Below are positions 38,706 through 49,670 of a DNA stretch of 64,000 nt, piece by piece. The position numbers and the translations under genes were made by a program. The stretch spans positions 186,001-250,000 of the forward strand of contig JAYWIR010000023.1 of assembly GCA_036172245.1 (NCBI GenBank), in the 5' to 3' direction. The stretch is from Raillietiella orientalis (lineage: Eukaryota). The notes below the pieces were generated by a model. The model had not been told where the DNA came from. It worked only from the letters and a program-made list of their open reading frames with translations, and ran no database searches. The stretch's first letter is position 1. Every line of letters begins with the position of its first letter.

Positions 38706-38767
38706 ACCAACACACAGACAACCAAAGCCAAGTCTTACCTACAGTGAATTACCTACAAGCAGAGACC

Positions 38768-39106
38768 ATGCCGTACGCACTGTTTTTCAATCGGTGCTTC
38801 ACACTGTGTAACTTCTCCGAAGAAGACTTGAAAGACATCAAGAACTGGTGCCGTGCCAACTGCGGCTTCGCCTGCATTGGACAAGAAACAGCAAAAACAG
38901 GGACACCACATCTCCGAGGATACTTCCAACTTAAAGAGCCACGCACCATGCCAGGACTCAAAAGAAAACCATTCCATGAAACTCACTTAGAAAAACCAAG
39001 AGGATCAGCACAGAGCAACCTACGGTACTGCACAAAGGAGGATAAACAAGCATGGACATACGGCAAAATCCACGAAGCTAACGAACCCACCGACTACCAA
39101 GACCTA
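38768..39106 (+). CDS. rep: CRESS-DNA virus Rep exon 1 (HUH endonuclease), EVE1
   Basis: Motif I CFTLCN, motif II TPHLRGY, motif III YCTKED; no stops. Confidence 0.93.
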
Positions 39107-39154
39107 GTAAGCCATAAACCTTTAACAACAACATTAGAAATCCTCTTCCACTAG
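39107..39154 (+). other. 48-nt phase-0 spliceosomal intron in EVE1 Rep
   Basis: GTAAGC donor, branch-like CTTTAAC, pyrimidine run, CTAG acceptor. The acceptor TAG is the only in-frame stop in Rep. Confidence 0.82.
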
Positions 39155-39613
39155 ATACTCCAACTCATCGAGGATGGTGCAGACGAACACTTCATCCTCA
39201 AAAATCACACAAAGTTCTACAGCAAGAATATTAACTTCGTAAAAGAATGCTTCAGACTTACCAGAAGCAGAGCACACCCCAAACCCTTAACTAATCTCCA
39301 ACTAAGAAGCTGGCAACTCGACATACTTAAACTCATACGACATAAACCAGACAACCGCAAGATCCACTGGTTTTATGACCCTATCGGAGGAATAGGCAAA
39401 ACAACCATGGCTAAATTCCTTTACTTAAAAAAGGGTGCCATATATATGCATTCGTGCAAAAAAGCAGACGCCGCCCACATATACAACGGCGAGAGGATCA
39501 TCGTTGTCGACCTCACAAGGGACAATCAAGAACTGGTGCGATACGGCTTCATAGAAACCATGAAAAACGGCATCATGTTCGACAGCAAATACCAAGGATC
39601 AATCAAATACAGT
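39155..39613 (+). CDS. rep: CRESS-DNA virus Rep exon 2 (SF3 helicase), truncated before motif C
   Basis: IHWFYDPIGGIGKTT (Walker A), IIVVDLTR (Walker B), YGFIETMKNGIMFDSKY. The frame stays open into GC-rich flank up to 39928. Confidence 0.92.
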
Positions 39614-40559
39614 CCCGCAGGGCTTTCCTCGGGAAGCCAGCGGTCCTTCTACGCGCCGCGTAGGGAGAGGGAGAAACGAAAAGCGGAAGTCAGAGGAGGG
39701 GCAGCAAAAGCGTTCTACGCCGCGGACCGCTCCGGTAAGAATCTGCTACAGACGAACGTGCTGAGGTCATCCCGCCTCCCGAAAACCGCCGCAGGATCAC
39801 CCTTTGCCGCGCAGAAGTCTTCCATAGGCCGGCATAGGAAGTTCAGAGCATTGGCCAATGGGAACCCTCAGACGAGTCCAAATCGGTGGCATCTCAAGCA
39901 AAACTACCCTTTGCCGGCACCGACGTAATCTGATGACACCGAGGTGTTTCTTTCCCAAAGGAACGTAGGCAAACAAAGTAGGGAGTGAACCATTTGCTTC
40001 TAGGAGTTCAAGGGGGAATAAACCATCGACCCACAGGTTGGCAACAGGAAGGACAAAGAGGGTTGTAAGGGTCACATTATGGATGGCAAACAAACAAAAA
40101 AAAAAGGAAGAAACAAATAAGCGAGAGAGGGAGAAGGATCAACGGAGATGCCGGCAGCATCCTCCTCAGCTTCCGGTTTCCCATTTCTGATCGTTGAAGA
40201 GGCGGGGCGTACGGCCTTCGATTCTTGCTGACGTACTTCCTGCGTGTACCAGGAAATCCTTCCCACGCAATCGAGCCGGCGAGACATCCGGGCTGCAGGC
40301 GAGAGCCCTCCACTAGGGAAGCAGCGCCGCGGCGACTTCTTGAGGGTGTCCTCCGGACTCCGGGGGTCGCACAGCAGACGTCGGACAGGAGATCCGTCGA
40401 CCATTCCCTTCTGTTACTCCTGCTACAGAGCACGAGATCTCCCACTATCCCACCATGCCCCCTGTCGTTTCTCTCTCATAGGGAGGACAGCACTACGGCT
40501 AGGGAGCTGGCGGAGTCCAAACCACATCTTCTGGTCCTGTCGCACTTCCTCAACAAACG

Positions 40560-42850
40560 GCCCCCATGTTGAATCACAATGGCAGCGGTCCCCGTGATGC
40601 AGACGCAGGTGCCCATTGTGCTATGCGTTGTAGATTGCAGGACCGCAGGAGATCCATTGGGGTTCTTCCCACAGGGGAGCAATCTACCTCAGTGGAAACT
40701 GAAGCAAGTTCATACGGCCTCGGTTGCGAGATAGCAACAACGCCATTTGCTCTCAGCCAAGCGCGCGCAGACTGGCTCCGAAGCCGCATCCACTTCTCGG
40801 CCATCAAGGTGATAATTCCGATGTGAAGCTGGTGGTTCCATCTTCTTAAGCGTGAGGATGCCGAGCTCTGCATCCCTTCGTCGGCCAACCAGGTCTTTGA
40901 AAGGAACCTTCGATATTGCGGAGCTCCACAGGGCTTTCCGTAGGTCCCTCTTACTCCTCGCCTCGTATGGAGGGAGAGGAACAAAAAGAAGGGGGTGGAG
41001 GAGGGGTGAGGCGAAGGCGTTCCAGATGGAGGAGGGTCTTGATCGACAAAAAATACCAGCTCGGAATGGCACCAGCGCCATCTGTGCCCTCTGGAGACAT
41101 CCTTCTAAGATCACACAGAGGTGCACCACCGTGCCGGCAAGGAGATCCCGATAGGTCCGGTCCGGATTCCGTGCACCGGCAGGAAAGGCCTTCGACTTCG
41201 TCCCGTTCCCCTCGAGAGACGCTTCCGGGGTTGACATGGGAAGCAGGAGAAAGAGCTAGCCGGCATGTGCCGACACGGCCGGCATGCGGAAGCAGGAAAT
41301 TGGTAGTCTTCTTGCACACCCCAGGCTCGCTGGAGAACAGACTGGAAATCCCGACTCCTGCAGCACATCGAAAACCAACCTCCACAGCACCGCCACCCCG
41401 TTTTCGTACCATGCGGGGCGGAGAGGAACACGGAAATTTGCAGCTACCTTGCGATGCAGGACTTAGGATCTCAGAATTACACAGGTCCTTCATATCCCTG
41501 TAGAATCCCATGCTTTCTTCACCCAGTCGGTGGTTGACCTGCATGCGTCCATAATGCCGAGCTGGGTTCAACTGGACCGTCACGGCAAAAGCGAGTCCAC
41601 TCCACCGGCCTCGTCGAAAAGCATCCCAGGCACTTTGTCTGTGAAAGACTGGTGCACGAGAAAGACGACTTTTATACAAGTCCCGTGCTGCGCTTGAAAT
41701 ACACCGTGTCCCCAGAGAGACCTTCGATTTTTAATGCTTCCTTCGAGAATGATCCGATGAATCTCCCGGAAGAGTACTGCGGCAGCTGTTCTGCTTCTCT
41801 TCGTGTCATCGCGTAGCCGTCGACATTCCAACAGGTTGGGCAAAGCCGACGCAGAGGTGACGTCACGCATGACTCAATGGAAGGCGATACGTTAGAACCC
41901 TCCGTTTTCTCCAGCTGGAGGAACTCACGGGCGGGAGGGAACCCAACGGAGTCAACCTCTCCTCCAGGAAGCCACGTGAATTGAGTGGCATGGCCTCGCT
42001 TCCCGATTCAGAGCCAGCGTTCACCTTCGGAGAAAACACCTTGTCCACGTGCTTTCGGCTGACGCGAGCTGACAGCGATGCGTGGATCACCTGAGGTCAC
42101 ACGTTCCGGATCCAATTCCTGAGTCTGAAGAGAGAGGTCTGGTTCCCGTCGTGCCTTTGACTAAGTGGCGCCCAATCTTATTGGAAGGTGTGGTTCCGCC
42201 AACTCCCGAGGCCGAGCATTCCGCCGCGACATGGTCGGAGTGCACCTCAGCAGTGCGGCCGACATCCGCGGCCTCCCCTGACTCCATCTGCGAAGTTGAA
42301 GCGGCTTCAGAGGGGGCATGGCTTCCCCGTTCGTGGGATGCTCAGCTTCCTGCTTTCGCAGCCGCGGAAGCAGAGTGCACCTTGGACTCACTGCTCTTGA
42401 TCACTGGACTTCTTTTCTCTACCAGATGCCCAGATGCTTTGCAGCGGCCACAGATTTGTGGCTTCCCTGCAATCAAGAGTCGTGTGCCACGTACACAGAT
42501 ACGTGTTATGGGATGACATCATCTTATAGGGGCACCGTGACTCGCGCTGCGGCCCAGTCCGCTGCCTTCCCTACGGGCAAGCGACAGCCGCTGCCAACTG
42601 GCGGGGCGGGAGCTCTCCTGCACTGCTTCAGGAGCTGCAAAATTCCTGGACGGCTGGGCGGCGAGCAACCCGGTGAAAGCTTTCACTCCTTGCCTCCAGG
42701 CGGAAGGGACTTCTTAGCTGGAGAAAAATCTTGAGTGTGCCTCCTGAGGAAATCGCGGTTCCTCCTTTGTGTCTGGACACTTCAATGTTTCCCTCGAAAT
42801 GGAAACAGGATTGCCCGCGTCGGAGGCAGGATTTGGAAACAGCCCCCGAA
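40560..42850 (-). mobile_element. Strongly decayed L1/Tx1-like LINE (ORF1 knuckle, endonuclease start, post-RT region)
   Basis: GKPQICGRCKASGHL (~42420-42480), TCWNVDG (~41830), SIWNAFASPLLHPLLFV...DLRKALWS...LGILTL (40850-41040). Confidence 0.7.
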
Positions 42851-43770
42851 TTCCAGGTGGTTGCGGTCTCCGCGTGTGGCACCACTAATCGTCGCGGGTT
42901 CGAACATTCGGAAAGAATCTTCCCGGAAGGAACCTCTTCACTACCGCGAGTCGGTCAGCGTGTGGCAGCCACGAATGCTGGTCATCGCTTTGCATGCCCT
43001 GATGGAGAAGTCGGGCAGTCGCGCTGGCAGGCTGCCCTCACGGTGAAGCGAACTTCGTTGGAAGGTGGCTGCTGTTCGACGTGCTCGCTCTCAACGCTGG
43101 ATCTGCGGAGGATTTGCTTGGAGAGGGAAAAGGAGAAAGACTCCGAGAGATGCATGTGTGTGGGTTCAAGTTCCTCTTTCAAGATGATGCTGCATTTGGG
43201 TGCCGCACTGGTAGCGGTTCAAACTGGATGTCCCCGATGAGTGGTCAGGATTGGGAGTCGACCTCCAGGTCCTATCAGGAAACAGAATCAAGAAGTGGTA
43301 GTCCTCCTCCGGTTGTGCAAAGGAGCCATCCCTTCCCCCTCGTAAATGGATCCTCCGTCTCGCACCATGGGGCTAGTGTGGTATCTCTCCGGAATGCAGA
43401 GAAACGCGCCGTTCCCTTCGGGGAGCACCCTTCTTAGAAATTTCGGAAGCGTTCCTTCGGGGTTCCCTTCAGAGGGGGAAACAGGGAGAGGCCCCCTTGC
43501 AGGTTCCCTCTGGAGAAGAAAAAATGGAACGGACCCCTCCGGGGATCCCTCCCCAGTCGTGAGGGGAAAGGACTCCCTTCTCTAGAGCCCTTCCTGGATT
43601 CATAGGTGGTCCCCTCCCGGAGTGTCCCCTATCTTGAAGAATTACACGCACCTCCGGGTGGCGTGGAGCAGTGTCAAAGAGCTGTGTGAGCCGTTGGGAG
43701 CGCGGCAGCTCTTGAGCTATTCAGCGAATCAAAAAAAAAAAAAAAAAACAGAAACCCGAAAAAAAAAAAC
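42850..43770 (+). mobile_element. tRNA-headed SINE-like repeat, copy 4, with poly(A) tail
   Basis: Head GTGGTTGCGG...GGGTTCGAAC, shared body from ~43205, poly(A) from 43731. Confidence 0.68.
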
Positions 43771-46169
43771 TGAAAGGAAAATAGCGAAGACAGAAAAAGA
43801 ACCCAAAAGGATTTATGTATCTGCACTGGGGAGTTCCCAGTGCCATCGGCTTCGGCACTTCGTTTCCAAGGGATTTGCGTCCCCAAAGCGTTTAGCGTGT
43901 GGGACGATCGAGTCGTTCCCAAGCCTGTTGTCGGACTCCAAGAACTGTGGAGGAGGTCGTCTTCAGCGCTCCTGCTCCCGGAAACACCTGGACGAGGTTA
44001 GGTTTCCGCCACAAAAAGTAGGCGGTCGCGAATTTTGAGTTTCCCGCCGGACCCTTTATTCAGGATCTCCGCTCTGGGAGATCATAAAGGATCCATCCTC
44101 CGCCACCGCGAACACCTTGGAACCCATGTAGTTGAACGGGCGTTTAGGGAAACAGAGAGTGAGCGTGGCGCGTCTGTGGAGACTCCACGCGCCTCTCGCG
44201 CTAAGTATGAGGGTCACGAGATCCGCCCTATCTTCAGCCACGAGGTCGCAATGCTCGGCCCAAATCATTTACAGCCACCTGGAAGCCAACGTGACTTACC
44301 TTGTAGAGCAGAGCAGGATTGAAACCCGGGGATACGTAAGCCATCATCTCTACGTGTTCGGGCGGAGCTCTTTCGTTGGCTACTACCGCCGCCATGTCAC
44401 TCCACAACCTGGAAGCAACTGGAGAGATGGCCATTGCGACTCGTTTGCGGGCAGCAACAACGGGCTGAGATCGGAAGCATTCTCGACACCGTTCTCCTTG
44501 AGACCAGCACAAAATGCAGGCGATCCCCCCTCTCGACTTCCTCCAAATGGGGGCACTTCGCTGCAGTCCCCACGGAGGCCGCTGCCACGCGGGTGGATTC
44601 CTGTCACTGCGCATGCAACTCGAAAACGTGACCAGCAGCAGTCACGGTAGAGAGGATGCAAAGAATCGTCTCTGCCACGGCTTCTTGGGGGAGTTCACCT
44701 CGCGCGGAAGGCCAGAATGGCCAGAATCGCCGCAGCAAGTCCTCGGCCATGCCCCCGAGTGCAGCAGCGCTGGAGTCGGCTTTCGGCACGGCTCTTGGAG
44801 TGACAGCGCAGTCGAAGAAACAGTTGCGAGAAAGACTCGCTTGTTTCCGCACTTGGAACAGTTCGGCGATGAGGCACTCCCGGAAACGGGGTGTCGGCGC
44901 TGGAAAAGAGCACTACCAGCTCCTGTCTCCACTTCAAAGGGAGCACCGAGGAAGAATGGTAAGTAAGCGTGACAGGAGAAGTGTCGAAAAGCATCCGAAA
45001 CGAAGGATCTGACACCCCAAGTCTCCCTTTCTTTTGTTATTTATCTATTGTCCCTTTCCCTTCCTCTCCGGACATCTTGTGCGACAGAGCTGTGTGTCGG
45101 TGATCCGTCCGGTGAAATTCTTCCTGTTTGCCCAGTTCCCAGCATGTTTGTTAATTTTTACAGTAATCCCCCCCGCCGCGGCCGGGTGAACACGCACGTG
45201 CCATTCTATGGTGAGTTGGCGTTCCGGCAGAGCTGTGAACCGCGCAGCAACACTCAAAGCACACGGTGCAAGCGAGTCCTACCGCCATTCTTCGAGTGGC
45301 AAAACCTCTCTGGCGCCCCATTTGCACGGTTTCGTGGAAGTACCACAGAACATCGCTGCTCGCGCTCCACTGCTGTAAGCGCATCGCTGCTCGCTTTGCA
45401 TGACCATTGGTTACTCGCCACGTAGAGACTGCTGATGTGAAACCTCCCAATTTCAGAGAGTCATGGCGATCTCGGGGGAGACAGGCAGGCAGAAGCAGTG
45501 GCGCCTTCCAAGAGCAATGCTCTTCCCGACCGGTGCAGCAGTGATTCGAAGGAGGCGGAATGAGAAGGAGGCAAGCAGTTTTCCACGCCCTAAGAGAGCT
45601 GCTGCTCCTCCAGGAAGGTAGGCAGGCACAGATGCCATGTGCCGCCTCTTCGTAGGCTCGTTCGTAGGCTCAGCTTCGTTCGTAGGCTTGTCAGCTGGCA
45701 ATCCACGATCGGAAGAACTAGGAAAAGCTCCTTCTCGTCGGGACACCCTCCCAACTGCGCAACTGTTTCACCGAGACTCCGGACTCTTGAAGATCCACAG
45801 AGCCGACTATCGACTCGAGGAGATTCCCATGGGAGTCACGACACCTCGGTTGAGATCACCCTGTTTGGAGGCCTTTACAAAGGTGTAGAAAAGGGGCACG
45901 CGCACCTCACGACTCAGTGAGGCCATATCTTTGACCAGATCTCAGTGAAGTAGCAGACACGGTTGTGCTCTGCAAAAAGGGAGAAGAGACAGGACAACGA
46001 GCTATCTCGAGGGGCACCGTAGACCAAGAAAGAAGGGCAGCTCTATCACTTCCGCTCCTGTGAACATACTGCCCAATGTTCATAGGAGCTCCCTTGTCTG
46101 CGTGTCTTTTCTTTCTTCCTCCCTTCCCCTTTTTAACTTTTGAAGCCGTGAGGCAGCGCCCATCCAGCC

Positions 46170-49100
46170 GGCATGCACATAGAGTCAACCAGCGAGGGAC
46201 AAAGGAATACCATGGATGTAGCGATCTCGATAAGGAACGAGCTCGCTCACACCATCCTGGAAACCTTCTGCTCCATGACGGGAGGAATCGTCGGCGCACG
46301 AATTTCCTGGTCCGCAAATGTTCACTGGTTCTTGGTGAACGTATGCGGACTGCACCACCAAAAGCATCAGTGCGCGGAGGCGCTCCACGGAACACTCCGG
46401 CAAAATGTCGCACCGAAGGAGATTGTGATCATCGTGGGGGATTTCAACATCCTGAATGAAATCATTCATTCCCGAGACGCCAGAGGCAGGGCAGCGTATC
46501 GGCGGCTGTCCGACAAGTTCAGGCTGCTGTGGCTAACAGCCAGCCACAAGCCTATCGACCACATCCTCTACAGCTCCGATATAAGGAACCGTATCCACGG
46601 GTTTCGTGACACGCCCACCTTGCTGTCCGATCACCCATTGGTGAGGTTTTCCCTGAGGACTGAAAACCCTCGGCGAAAGAAGGCCACAAGGGCGGCACTC
46701 ATCAGCATGCCTGCCTGGTTCGAAACGCTACCCTGCCATCAAGAAGTTACAGAGACGACCAGCATCCGCAGAGTCACTGACTGGGATAGCCTGAAACACT
46801 GAGTTCACCTGTTCTGCAACATGCAACTCGAAAACAACTCGAAACATGCAGTTCAAGATGCAGTTCGGTGACAAGAGACCGAGGCAGGAAGCGTACCGGG
46901 AGCTGCACATCCAAAATCGCTCCCTCTCGAAGTACTGGGAACAATGCGAAGGTCGGTACGTCTTCCAAAATGTAAAAGGGGAAATCGACGTGCTGGAGAA
47001 GAAGAATCTGGCAACAGACATCTTCTGGATCCAATACGATGGCCACAGTCGGCACACGTCGGAGGACATCGCGGACGCCTTCCAGAGGCATTACGTGAAG
47101 CACTTCCGATGAAGATATCTGTGCCCGACTAATCAAGGAATTTTTTTGCGACACCTGGAAAGACGAACGAGTGAAAACCATCGGAATATGCTTGAAGAGG
47201 AAATCTCCGAAGAAGAAGTGAAAGCTGCGTTTGTGGAACTTCGGCGTTTGTGGCAGCGAGCCCTGATAGTGTCCACATCTCTCACTATCAGCGGTACTTG
47301 CATGCCTACCGACGTTTGTTTCACTAGCTAACGCTCTGCATCCGACAAGAAGGACGACTACCTGCATCCTTCTACGAGGAGGATGAGATTGTTGTCGAAA
47401 GGAGGTAACCTGACTAAGGTTACCCAATAAAGGCCAACCACAATCCTGAACAGCGATGCCAAGTGGTTAGCAAAGATCTGGGTTAACCGCTTAGGCAAGG
47501 TCATGCCGAAGCTCATCTCTCCCGTCCAGACATGCGCAGTGTCCGGACGCCACATGTCGGACAATGTCAAGTGTGCTCAGGCTACCATTGGTCTCAGACG
47601 ATATATCGGTGAGAACTTAGTACTGTGTTTCACTGACATGTAGAAAGCTTTCAAGACGGTGGACCATGGGATGCTGTTGAAGATTCTAGGAAGACTGGGC
47701 CTCCCGGAACAATTCAACAACTTCGTAAAGATGATATTGGAAGAGCAACACTTTCGGATAAAGATAAATGGGGAAGAGACGGCAGCCATCCGGATGGAAC
47801 GAGTCCTCCAAGGCGATGCTCTTAGTCCGATGCTGTTTGTCAATGCTGTTTGTCATGTCCTCTCATCATTCATAGAGAGAAGTGGGCACCTCCGCGGAAT
47901 CACTGTCGACAATCAACGGCTCACCCATCTGGCTTACACGGATGATCTTCTCAAAGGGGAGAGAGGTCAACGTACGTTTCTGGATGTACTGGAGCTTATT
48001 GAAGAAGGATTGGGCTTAAAAATCAACGCCCAGAAAAGCCAACTTTTGCCCGTCGGAATCCTGGATCTCTCCATACTCATAGAGGAAGGATTCCGAACGA
48101 TGGACAATGCGAAGTACCTGGGTGTCCACATTGGCGACAATTCATCGTCCCAACTATTGTGGAAGGAAATCCTGGGGAAAACAGCGAAAGAAGGAGCGAA
48201 GTATACCCGTTTGGACTTTAACATGAAGAAGAGGGCCAATCTTTGGAACGGAGTACTCCTTCCGAAGATACTCTTTGGAGAGGCCTTCTACAGAATGTTC
48301 AAAGATACCAAGAGGGAGGTAGAAAAGCTTCAAAGGAAAACTCTATGGGGAAGATACCAACCAAGAGTCCTCCTCAAACCACTGTGTCATCCTAAGGAGG
48401 AAGGCAGTACCGGGATGAAGTCGCTTGCACACGCTGTGGACACCTTGGACGTGCGACAACTCCTGGACATGTTGGAAAACTGGGAAGACTGGCCGTATGC
48501 AGCGCATAGGGCTTACTCGTTGTTGATAAATAACTCGAGAGGACTGATGACTGCGCTGCTCGGCAGATAGGTGAATGGGTCATCATCGACCCAATCTGGA
48601 GACGAAAGCAACAGCTGGTACACAAGCACCAGCTGAAGATCATACCAAGGAGCAAGGAACTCTGGCAGGAGGAATCCATCCTGGCGATCCCGTGGATGCT
48701 CCCGGTACCTCCGGATACGAGGAGCTGGATCCACCAGCGGTCCAAGGTTACTTTGCAAGCAGCTCAAGTATGGAGACGACGAGAGTACTTTCACTACTCC
48801 CGAATATCCCGATAAATTGATAGGATAGCTGGAAGATTCACCCACAGAACCCGCGAAGTGTGGAAAAAACACAACAACTTCGTGTGGTCCAGGGTAACAA
48901 AGAAAAAACTGTGCCAACTAATAGTTGAAGAGGACAAAGACACCAGTGCCCTCCAAGAAGCCGCCGATAGCCACGGAAGTGCTGGGATAAACCTGTTGGC
49001 TATTGGAACGACGCTCTGGAGGAGGAACTTGTCACCGGACACACAGGATAACCTCCTGATGTTTTATCATGGAGGAATCCTGTGCGGGACAACCATGAAG

Positions 49101-49670
49101 CGTTTCACGAAAAGAAGAGAAGATGAGGAATGCAAAGCATGTGGAGACAAGATACAAGACTCCACGTCTTGACCTGTCCCACGATGCAAGAGTGACACAC
49201 CCTCAAAAAGGTTATCGGGCTACCCACCACATCGACCATGGGAATTTAAGCAGGCATGTTCCAAGGAAATGTGAACGTTCCCTGTTACAAACCTTTGGTA
49301 AGGATGACCATCTCCCTCTTCATCACCGCCATCCTACACTTTGATCTTAGCCAAAAGGCCGAGAAGCGATTGTGCGGTGGTGGAAGATGGAGACCACCAG
49401 CACAGCCGTATCTCCAATGGAAATCCTAAAAGGGCTTATCCAAAAGGAGATCGGCATCAGAAACTGTGGAAGAGTACAGACCTGGAATTACCGATATATC
49501 CTGAGAAGGATTGAGGACAACGTCCAGGCACAAACGACGCCCAGTCCCCAAGTGTAGTGAACCTCAGTGTTAATCCCACGAAGCAGACTTCCAGGTGACA
49601 CAAGTGGAATGATTGGAGAAAATGAATGCATGAGTATGTAGAGTGAATGATAAAAGAAAATAAATTCACC
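46170..49670 (+). mobile_element. Second L1/Tx1-like LINE (family B): decayed ORF2 with endonuclease, RT and zinc finger
   Basis: VGDFN, IDHIL and SDH (APE). ISPVQTCAVSGR, DM*KAFKTVDH, LQGDALSPMLF, AYTDDL and KYLGVHI (RT). CKACGD...HVLTC. Multiple stops and frameshifts. Confidence 0.93.
49334..49370 (-). pseudogene. U2: U2 snRNA 5' fragment (nt 1-37)
   Basis: Reverse complement reads ATCGCTTCTCGGCCTTTTGGCTAAGATCAAAGTGTAG, the conserved U2 5' end. The rest of U2 is absent. Confidence 0.95.

Noticed and set aside
49549..49558. CAAGTGTAGT as the continuation of the U2 fragment
   Set aside because: Only about 10 nt, on the opposite strand, and not followed by U2 ATCTGTTC; compatible with chance.
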